From: a virus
Length of the DNA: 64,000 bases
Direction: 5' to 3' (one strand)
Virus record (IMG/VR): IMGVR_UViG_3300042090_003221
Coordinates: 1-64,000 of that record
The notes under the pieces are model-generated. The model did not search any database. It had not been told where the DNA came from and saw only the letters and a list, made by a program, of their open reading frames with translations. The position numbers were made by a program, and so were the translations under genes. This document shows positions 46,375 through 53,378 of this stretch, one piece after another (the stretch's first letter is position 1; each line of letters opens with the position of its first letter).

Positions 46375-46420
46375 CATTCCCCGCCCCGCGCGAGCGGGGC
46401 TCATCCGAGGAACGCGGACC

Positions 46421-46597
46421 ATGCCCAGAGACAAAAGCGACGTGCGCACCGACATAAAGCGCGAGAACGCGGCGCGGAAGCGGCTGCTCGATCGCATAGT
46501 GCTGGCGAAGCAAAACTTGGCCCTATGCAACGGGCGTTTGGCGTCGCTGAAGCAAGAGCTGGCGAATGCGCCGGAGCCTCCGAAATACTTCTATTGA
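46421..46597 (+). CDS. Small coiled-coil protein (not in ORF track)
   Basis: GAGGA RBS; MPRDKSD...PPKYFY. Confidence 0.55.
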   Translation: MPRDKSDVRTDIKRENAARKRLLDRIVLAKQNLALCNGRLASLKQELANAPEPPKYFY

Positions 46598-46605
46598 GGT
46601 CGACC

Positions 46606-46845
46606 ATGCACAACCCCGCCCCATGCAAGCGCCGCAAAGGCCTCTATCTCCGCTACAGCGCGAAGAATTGGTCCGACGAATTCGTGTGCTGCGCGTGCGG
46701 CAAGGCGCGCAGGTTCAGCCTCAATTATCTCGGCTTGCGCCGCGTGCCCATGTGCGACGGCGAAAGCATCAAGGCGGGCGAGGCGCTGGAATGGGAAGCA
46801 TGGCGAGCGCTCACCGACCAAGCCAATCGAAAGGAAACCGCCTGA
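46606..46845 (+). CDS. Small Cys-rich protein
   Basis: GAGG RBS; CCAC...C. Confidence 0.6.
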   Translation: MHNPAPCKRRKGLYLRYSAKNWSDEFVCCACGKARRFSLNYLGLRRVPMCDGESIKAGEALEWEAWRALTDQANRKETA

Positions 46846-47066
46846 TGCGCGGCATGAACCTTTCAGCCGTCTTCCGTCAGGGCACGGGCAAGCGCTACGA
46901 GCAGCGCCCGCCGGCCAATTGCGTCGCCGCGCGCCGCGCCTGGGACCACTTCTCGACGCTCGGCGAGATCGAGTGGCTTCAGTTGCTCGACGGCTATTGG
47001 GGCGCGCAGCTCCGCGGCGAGCGCGACGTCACCGAGATCGAGGCGATCGAGTTTCGCCGTTACTAA
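46845..47066 (+). CDS. Hypothetical protein
   Basis: TGATG coupling. Confidence 0.6.
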   Translation: MRGMNLSAVFRQGTGKRYEQRPPANCVAARRAWDHFSTLGEIEWLQLLDGYWGAQLRGERDVTEIEAIEFRRY

Positions 47067-47079
47067 AAGGAGACGCATC

Positions 47080-47280
47080 ATGCACAACTACGGTTCAACC
47101 CCTTCCGACTTTCGCGTCGGCCAGCGCGTCGAGATCTCCCCGCACTTCGATCTGTGGATGAGGGGCGCCCGGTGCGGCGCCGTCGTCAAGATCGGCCGCG
47201 AGCGCGTCCATGTCCGCCTCGATCTCTTGCCGGGCCGCGCGCTCCGCTTCTCGGCGACTGACCTAATCGACCGGAGCTGA
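47080..47280 (+). CDS. Small SH3/KOW-like protein
   Basis: FRVGQRVE...G.VVKIGR..V.VRLD; AAGGAG RBS. Confidence 0.7.
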   Translation: MHNYGSTPSDFRVGQRVEISPHFDLWMRGARCGAVVKIGRERVHVRLDLLPGRALRFSATDLIDRS

Positions 47281-47284
47281 CGCC

Positions 47285-47710
47285 ATGACGACCATCGACC
47301 TGATCGACAACGCGATTCACACACTGGAGAAGGTCGCCCACGACCTGACGGCGCTGCATAATCTGCGCGCCACAGATCTGGACGCGGAAGCCTTCGAGGC
47401 GAAGCTGAAGGGCGGCGCTCCGCGAGACAGCCTCGAATGGATGACGGACACGGCCACGAGGCTCGCCGAGGTCGACGCCACAATCGCCATCTTGCGCAAG
47501 GGCGTCTCCTATCGCCCGATCGAGACAGCGCCCGTCGACGAGTGCGTGATCCTCGCCACGACCGGCGGCTGCGTCGGCGAGGCCGTCTATGGCGAGAACG
47601 CCGAGGATCCGACGTGGCGCTGGATCCACGCCGACCAGCCGCTGCATCCCAACTTGAAGCCGCTCGGCTGGATGCCGCTGCCGCCGGAGATCGAAACCCC
47701 CGCAACCTGA
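47285..47710 (+). CDS. Hypothetical protein with C-terminal DUF551-like segment
   Basis: RPIETAP...WMPLP. Confidence 0.7.
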   Translation: MTTIDLIDNAIHTLEKVAHDLTALHNLRATDLDAEAFEAKLKGGAPRDSLEWMTDTATRLAEVDATIAILRKGVSYRPIETAPVDECVILATTGGCVGEAVYGENAEDPTWRWIHADQPLHPNLKPLGWMPLPPEIETPAT

Positions 47711-47726
47711 CCCAGGAGCCCGAGAG

Positions 47727-48005
47727 ATGCTCACCAAGGCCGAACACAACCGTCTCGTGAAGTGGGAGACGCGCGTCAACGAGATCGTCGAGCAGCTCCG
47801 CGCGCTCGTCGAGGCGAAGCGCGGGGCGATCGAGGCGCGCCGCGAGAAACACGACGCCCGGTCCGAGAAGTGGCTCGAGAGCGAGAAGGGGCTGGAGGCG
47901 ACCGAGAAGCTCGAGGCCGACGAAAGCCGCCTCGCCGAGCTCGACCAATGCGCCGACGACCTCGAGAACGCGATCAGCACCTTGCCGACGGAAGAGGAGG
48001 AATGA
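47727..48005 (+). CDS. Acidic coiled-coil protein
   Basis: SEKWLESEKG motif; AGGAG RBS. Confidence 0.72.
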   Translation: MLTKAEHNRLVKWETRVNEIVEQLRALVEAKRGAIEARREKHDARSEKWLESEKGLEATEKLEADESRLAELDQCADDLENAISTLPTEEEE

Positions 48006-48043
48006 CCGCGACAGCGAGCCGCACGAGGCGGCTCGGTTGTTGT

Positions 48044-48073
48044 TTGACACGATAGGACTTTTTGTCCTATCGT
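48044..48073 (+). promoter_or_regulatory. Promoter/operator P4
   Basis: TTGACA + GATAGGAC-TTTTT-GTCCTATC. Confidence 0.85.
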
Positions 48074-48094
48074 AGGCGCGAAGGGATTTTGCAG

Positions 48095-48757
48095 ATGACG
48101 CACCCGTTCACAGTCTCCGGCCTTGGCGAGGCGCCGTTCAAGCTCGTCGCCGTGGCGCAGATCCCGCCGATCTCGCTCGCGGAATCGAACCCCGCGGCCT
48201 ACCAGCGCGGAATCGCCATGCTCCCGCCCGGTTGCGGGACGTGCAAGCATTGCGGCATGGCGATCATGCTTAATTTCATCGTTGAATCGGCGGAAGGCCG
48301 CCGGTCCGCGATCGGATGCGACTGCATCCGCAAGCTCGGCCACGTCGACAAGCCGCTCGTCAAGGCCGTTGACGAGGCCGCCCGCAAGCTGGCGCGCGAG
48401 AAGCGCCAAGCGGCCGCCGCCGTAAAGCGAGAGGCCAGGGCGGCCGCGTGGCGCGCCGAGAGGGCGCAATGGGAGATCGACAACGCCGAGCGGCTCGCGC
48501 GGGAGAAGGCCGAGCGCGAGGCGGCCGCCGCGGCGCTCGTCGCCCGGGCGCAGCGGTTCGCCTTCATGCTCCCGGCTCTGCGGAGCGCGGAAAGCTCATG
48601 GTGCAGCGAGATCGCCGACGCGATCGAGGCGGGGCGCCCGCCGACCGGCCGCGCCGTCGAGATCCTCCGCGACATTTACGGGCGCCGGTTCGGCCGGAAG
48701 GGCTCGGCGAAGTTCGAGGCGGCCGCCGCGCGGTTCGACGAGACGGTCTCCGCCTGA
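48095..48757 (+). CDS. Zn-finger phage protein
   Basis: HPF...GLG.APF; CKHCG...GCDCI.K. Confidence 0.75.
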   Translation: MTHPFTVSGLGEAPFKLVAVAQIPPISLAESNPAAYQRGIAMLPPGCGTCKHCGMAIMLNFIVESAEGRRSAIGCDCIRKLGHVDKPLVKAVDEAARKLAREKRQAAAAVKREARAAAWRAERAQWEIDNAERLAREKAEREAAAAALVARAQRFAFMLPALRSAESSWCSEIADAIEAGRPPTGRAVEILRDIYGRRFGRKGSAKFEAAAARFDETVSA

Positions 48758-48804
48758 CACAATCCTCGTCGGCTCACGGGGTCGGCATGATCAAGGAAAA
48801 CGCC

Positions 48805-49011
48805 ATGGCAAAGACATTCAAGCTCCACTGGATTCGCGCCGACGGTCAGGGATCGCTCCCGATGGGCGCGTTCCCTTCACGCACCGCGGCGGAAGCCGCC
48901 ATCCCTGCCGCGAAAACCGAGATGCTCGATCAATGCGCCGTCGGCGAAGGGCACGAGGCAGGGATCGAGGCCGGACGGTTCGAGGTCAACGAAGTCGAGG
49001 AGTCCCAATGA
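48805..49011 (+). CDS. Hypothetical protein
   Basis: AAGGA RBS. Confidence 0.6.
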   Translation: MAKTFKLHWIRADGQGSLPMGAFPSRTAAEAAIPAAKTEMLDQCAVGEGHEAGIEAGRFEVNEVEESQ

Positions 49012-49208
49012 CCGACCAAATGCTCGCCGCCCTTGTCGGCGCGATCTCCGGCATCTCGATCGGCGTGTTCTGCGCGGCGACCGGCTATTCCTTCGGATAC
49101 CGCCACGGGATCCTCGCCGGTTGGACGGCGGGTTTCAAAGCGCAGCGCGCGCGGCTCCGGGCGGAGGGCTTCGTCGTGACGGGGCCGATTCCGAAGGCTC
49201 CGGAGTGA
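49008..49208 (+). CDS. Small membrane protein
   Basis: ATGA coupling; N-terminal TM. Confidence 0.6.
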   Translation: MTDQMLAALVGAISGISIGVFCAATGYSFGYRHGILAGWTAGFKAQRARLRAEGFVVTGPIPKAPE

Positions 49209-49266
49209 TCTACCGAGGCGCAATGTCGCGGCCCTGATTTAGGGCGCCGGAGCGGCTCAGCTCGAC

Positions 49267-49294
49267 TTGACATTAGGACAAAAGGTCCTAATGT
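49267..49294 (+). promoter_or_regulatory. Promoter/operator P5
   Basis: TTGACA overlapping ATTAGGAC-AAAAG-GTCCTAAT. Confidence 0.85.
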
Positions 49295-49315
49295 AAGGGC
49301 GAGGAGAGTTTCGCG

Positions 49316-49558
49316 ATGACCAAGCTTCAGGCCTTGCTAGACGAATCCAACGCCGCCGCCAACGGTTCCGTCGCGTATCTTGCCGGGAACCTGATCGAAG
49401 AGGCGGAAGACAACGCCAATCAGACGGCGTTCATCGAAAAGGCCGTTCCTGTCGAGGAACGCGACCGCATGGCCGAAGCGAGCCTCGTTGATCTTCTCGC
49501 CTACTGCAAGGAACCCGAAATCTTGGCGTGGTTCGCCCAGCGTGGGATCGTCGCGTGA
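49316..49558 (+). CDS. Hypothetical acidic protein
   Basis: GAGGAG RBS after P5. Confidence 0.68.
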   Translation: MTKLQALLDESNAAANGSVAYLAGNLIEEAEDNANQTAFIEKAVPVEERDRMAEASLVDLLAYCKEPEILAWFAQRGIVA

Positions 49559-49797
49559 TGCCCGCCACCGCCGAGCAGGTCTTCGCCGTGATCAAGAACA
49601 ACGGCGCCGTGCCGTTCCGCCAGCAGCCGACCGAAAAGGCGCTGCGCTACTACGCCGCCCTGATCGTCAAGAGCGGCGCCCGGTTCGCGGCCGACCAGCA
49701 CGCGCGGGACGCTTGGACCGGAATCACGAATTGGGCGCTGTCCAAGAACATCGCCCGGCTCGAGGCCGAAATCGCCAGAAAGGGAGCCCAGGCATGA
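49558..49797 (+). CDS. Hypothetical protein
   Basis: TGATG coupling. Confidence 0.62.
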   Translation: MPATAEQVFAVIKNNGAVPFRQQPTEKALRYYAALIVKSGARFAADQHARDAWTGITNWALSKNIARLEAEIARKGAQA

Positions 49798-50039
49798 CCC
49801 GCCTCACCGAAACAACCCCGGTCTACCTGATCAACACAAAGGCGAACCGCATCGTTCGCAAGTTCGGCAACTTCGACGCCTTCGCCCGCTTTGAGGGCAT
49901 TGCGCTCGGCTCGAACATGCACCTTTTCACAATGCGCGAAATGTCGACGGCCGGTTTCGTCTACGCCGAATGCGACGACACCGGCGACACGATCGCGACG
50001 ATATCGTCCTACCACGTCAACAAGGCGCTCGCCGCCTAA
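49794..50039 (+). CDS. Hypothetical protein
   Basis: ATGA coupling; ends KALAA. Confidence 0.62.
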   Translation: MTRLTETTPVYLINTKANRIVRKFGNFDAFARFEGIALGSNMHLFTMREMSTAGFVYAECDDTGDTIATISSYHVNKALAA

Positions 50040-50059
50040 CCTCGGAGGTACAAATCTGA

Positions 50060-51433
50060 ATGTCCAACCGCACGATCGCCCTGCCGGTCACCGTCGCTGA
50101 TATCGTCGAGGAATACGACGCCAAGATTGCCGGGCTCGGCGAGTCCATCGCCCGCTTCGAAGCCGCGCAAACCGCGATGAGGTCGGCGACCTGCATCCAA
50201 GGCGTCTATGCCGAGAGCGTGTTCACCGACGCCCGGTTCTACGAGAACGCGATCAAGCTGAACTTGCGCAAGTCGGGCTGGAAGGCGGTCTATCGCCGCC
50301 TGGACGTTGAGCGCCTCGCCAGCGCCAAGGACAAGAAGCTTTTCGAGCAGACGCTCGCGGATCCGCCGGCGCTGACGCTCGACAACGCCAAGGCGACGTT
50401 CGGCAAATACCTGTTGCAGCCGCGCTTTCATGCGCTGCGCGGACTGGCCGAGGTTTTCAGCGGGCTCGATCCTGCCTACAAGTCGCACAGCAAGGTCAAG
50501 ATCGGCGTCGCCGGCTTGCCGAAGCGGGTCATCATCGGGAACGTCGGCGGCTATGGCTCTTGGGGCCGCGACCGGCTGCGCGATATCCTGAACGCGCTCG
50601 CAGCCGCCCAGGGGAAGCCTCTCGTCGAGCACGACGAGCTCACGCGCGTCGACCGCCTGGGCGGGTTCGAGCACCGCGCCGGCGAGGTCGCCTTCGACGG
50701 CTCCCCGATCAAGGCCTATCGCGACGGCAAGGACGTGGAATGGACGCCGCCGGCGCGCGGTGTCACGCTCAAGAAATTCCTCAACGGCAACGGGCACGTC
50801 ATTTTCGATGCCCCGACGCTGCTCGACATCAACCGCGCGCTGGCGGAGTTCTACGGCGAGGTCTTGCCGGACGCCGAAGACGACGCGCCCAAGGCGAAGC
50901 GCGCCAGCACGAACGTCTCGGCTGATCTCCAGTTCTACCCGACCCCGCGCAAGGCGATCGAGACCGTGCTTGACGAGATCGGGCTGGCGCCGACGCGCGA
51001 CCGCTGGAATGACGCCACGCCGGCGCGGGCGGTTCTCGAGCCCTCATGCGGCGACGGCCGGATCCTCGACGTGATCCGCGAGCGCGGCCACCGCGGGCTC
51101 GGCGTCGAGGTCCACCCGGCCCGGGCCGCCGCGGCGAAGACCAAGGGGCACGCCGTCATCGTCGCGAACTTTCTCGAGCGCCCGGCGGAGCCGCTCTTCG
51201 ACTTCGTGGTTCTCAACCCGCCCTTCAGCGGCCGCCACTGGATGAAGCATCTCGCCCACGCGAAACGCTTCGTGAAGCCCGGCGGGACGCTGGCCTGTAT
51301 CCTGCCGGCGAGCGCGGAATATGACCACGGGGTCGCCAAGGAACACGGCGGCGAGTGGCACGACCTTCCGGTCGCCAGCTTCAGCGAGAGCGGCACGAAT
51401 ATCCCGACCGGCTTCTTGGTCTGGCGGGCATGA
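50060..51433 (+). CDS. DUF4942-like domain fused to amino (N6-adenine-type) DNA methyltransferase
   Basis: K.F.NGNGH; QFYPTP, LEPSCGDG, NPPF, F.ESGT. Confidence 0.85.
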   Translation: MSNRTIALPVTVADIVEEYDAKIAGLGESIARFEAAQTAMRSATCIQGVYAESVFTDARFYENAIKLNLRKSGWKAVYRRLDVERLASAKDKKLFEQTLADPPALTLDNAKATFGKYLLQPRFHALRGLAEVFSGLDPAYKSHSKVKIGVAGLPKRVIIGNVGGYGSWGRDRLRDILNALAAAQGKPLVEHDELTRVDRLGGFEHRAGEVAFDGSPIKAYRDGKDVEWTPPARGVTLKKFLNGNGHVIFDAPTLLDINRALAEFYGEVLPDAEDDAPKAKRASTNVSADLQFYPTPRKAIETVLDEIGLAPTRDRWNDATPARAVLEPSCGDGRILDVIRERGHRGLGVEVHPARAAAAKTKGHAVIVANFLERPAEPLFDFVVLNPPFSGRHWMKHLAHAKRFVKPGGTLACILPASAEYDHGVAKEHGGEWHDLPVASFSESGTNIPTGFLVWRA

Positions 51434-51621
51434 TCTGGCCGACCCGCTACGAGGTCGTCCGGGTCCTGCAAGACGGCGACGGCGGCAGGACCTGGACCGT
51501 GCCGCACAGCTCGGCCCGCACCCTGGAAGAGGCCCGCCAGCTCGCCGAGCGCGAGCTCGCCCACTGGATTGTCGTCGAGAGGCGCGTCGTCGCCTCGTCA
51601 AAGAAGCAGGAGAAACCTTGA
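51430..51621 (+). CDS. Hypothetical protein
   Basis: ATGA coupling. Confidence 0.55.
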   Translation: MIWPTRYEVVRVLQDGDGGRTWTVPHSSARTLEEARQLAERELAHWIVVERRVVASSKKQEKP

Positions 51622-52298
51622 TGCGAACGGAACCGACCTTCACATGGATCGAACCCCCGATCGGGCCGCAGCCGCTGCCCGCCTGGGCGAAGGGCGTCGA
51701 GATCGAGTGGATGGGCCACTTCTGCAACCCTCCGCATCTCAAGGTCAAGACGGTCGGCAGCCCTATGCCGGAGGGCGTGTTGTGGCACAAGGACGGCGCC
51801 CGCTACTGGCGCCGGAGCCCCGAGGGCTTCCACGAGGAGAATTCGCACGCCGGTTCGCTGACATGGAGCCAAGTGGATGAGGCTTGGCTGACCTCGCGCG
51901 ATGACGGCTATGGCGGCCGGTGCTGGCGGATCCGGATGGCGCCCGAGGGGCAGTTTGAGCCGCCCTTCGACGTGGTGTTGCTGCGCGGCCCGTGGAACGG
52001 CGACTATCCCGCGGACTGCGACGCGGTCGCCTACTTCGACATGCGGAAGCGCTACGGGCGCGCCGACAGCCGGCCGCGCCCTTGGCACAAGGAAACGTTC
52101 ACCGGCGGTGTCTACATGACGCACGACCTCATCGTGCGCTTGCTCGCGCGGTTTCAGCCGCATCTGCGCATCGCGCGCGTCGAGCATCACGGCCGCGTCA
52201 GGATCGAGCCGGTGAAGCCCGAATGGGACGCTCCGAAGTTCGTCATCATCGAGCGCGAGCGGCAGGAGTATCTGGCGAAGCGCCAAGCCGCGGAGTGA
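51621..52298 (+). CDS. Hypothetical protein (Trp-rich)
   Basis: TGATG coupling; AGGAG RBS; GYGGR...LRGPW. Confidence 0.7.
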   Translation: MRTEPTFTWIEPPIGPQPLPAWAKGVEIEWMGHFCNPPHLKVKTVGSPMPEGVLWHKDGARYWRRSPEGFHEENSHAGSLTWSQVDEAWLTSRDDGYGGRCWRIRMAPEGQFEPPFDVVLLRGPWNGDYPADCDAVAYFDMRKRYGRADSRPRPWHKETFTGGVYMTHDLIVRLLARFQPHLRIARVEHHGRVRIEPVKPEWDAPKFVIIERERQEYLAKRQAAE

Positions 52299-52310
52299 GG
52301 CGGGCGAAAA

Positions 52311-52339
52311 TTGACAAACAGGACAAAAAGTCCTAACAT
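52311..52339 (+). promoter_or_regulatory. Promoter/operator P6
   Basis: TTGACA + AGGAC-AAAAA-GTCCT; -10 TAACAT. Confidence 0.8.
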
Positions 52340-52375
52340 TCCCCGTACGGGGTTTTACGCAAAAGGACGGAACCG

Positions 52376-52822
52376 GTGACCCCAACCCTGATCGAGACCG
52401 AAGCCTTTGTCCGCCGCCTGTTCTTCGGCGTCGTCGACAAGGCCGGGGAGCCTTACGTCGAGCATTGCGTCCGCGTCATGGAGGGTCTGCCCGCGGCCGC
52501 GACGGACGACGAGCGCCACGCCGCGCTCTTGCATGATGTCCTCGAGGACACGGACCTGACCGCGCGCGACCTGCACTTGAGCGGCTACAGCGAGCGGACG
52601 GTCTGGCTTGTCCAGCGCTTGACGAAGTGGAAAGGCGCCGACTATGGCGCCTACGTCGCCGCGATCACAGCCTCGCGCGACGCCGGCCTGATCGCCATCA
52701 AGCGCGCCGACCTAAAGGATAATTCCGACCCGGCGAGGCTCGCGTTGCTGCCGGCGCGCGAGCGCGAGCGGCTCGCGGCGAAATATGCGTCGGCGCGGGA
52801 GATCTTGGAGGCATGGAAGTGA
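52376..52822 (+). CDS. HD-domain hydrolase, small alarmone hydrolase (SpoT/Mesh1-like)
   Basis: DKAGEPY..H..RV, AALLHDVLEDT, LTK, IK.AD..DN. Confidence 0.88.
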   Translation: MTPTLIETEAFVRRLFFGVVDKAGEPYVEHCVRVMEGLPAAATDDERHAALLHDVLEDTDLTARDLHLSGYSERTVWLVQRLTKWKGADYGAYVAAITASRDAGLIAIKRADLKDNSDPARLALLPARERERLAAKYASAREILEAWK

Positions 52823-53121
52823 AAACCTCGCACCCGGTAGACGGGCGGACGCTGAGGCGCACGCGCCCGCTGCCTCATGACCCCGCGCTGCGCAAGAGGG
52901 CGAGAAAGTTCTCGGCTCTCCTCAAGGTGCTCGATATGTCCCAGACGCAAGTCGGGCGGTTCCTCGACTTGGACGGGCGCACGGTGCGCCGCTGGGCGTC
53001 CGGCGACAGGCCGATTCCGATCGCCGTCGAGATCGTCCTGACCTACATGGCGAGGAATGGCCTGACGCCGAAGGAGATCCTCGCCGCCTGCAAGATCAAG
53101 CGACAGCTGGACGTGAGATGA
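52813..53121 (+). CDS. Xre-like HTH regulator
   Basis: MSQTQVGRFLDLDGRTVRRWASGDRPIP. Confidence 0.82.
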   Translation: MEVKTSHPVDGRTLRRTRPLPHDPALRKRARKFSALLKVLDMSQTQVGRFLDLDGRTVRRWASGDRPIPIAVEIVLTYMARNGLTPKEILAACKIKRQLDVR

Positions 53122-53152
53122 GCAGGTTCCTACCGAAGAAAAGGAGACTGAA

Positions 53153-53377
53153 ATGCAATTCAAGATCACGAACTACTGCGACCTCGACGGGGTGCCCGCC
53201 GTAGTCGCGACGCTGGACACGCCGAAGGGACTCGGAACCTACTGCTTCGAATACGTCGAGGGCCGGTGGCGGGAGCCGGAAGACAACGGCGCCGACGTCA
53301 TGAGCAAGTCCCGGGTCGTGACCCAGGACGTCTTCGAGCGCATGTTCCCTGACGTCGGCCTCCCGACGGCGCCGTAA
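53153..53377 (+). CDS. Small hypothetical protein, candidate immunity protein
   Basis: AAGGAG RBS; stop lies 1 nt from the effector stop. Confidence 0.68.
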   Translation: MQFKITNYCDLDGVPAVVATLDTPKGLGTYCFEYVEGRWREPEDNGADVMSKSRVVTQDVFERMFPDVGLPTAP

Positions 53378-53378
53378 A

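Noticed and set aside
42414-52339. The six palindromes as CRISPR repeats, att sites or IS ends
   Set aside because: Kilobase irregular spacing, fixed position between -35 and -10, and no cas, integrase or transposase gene in the window
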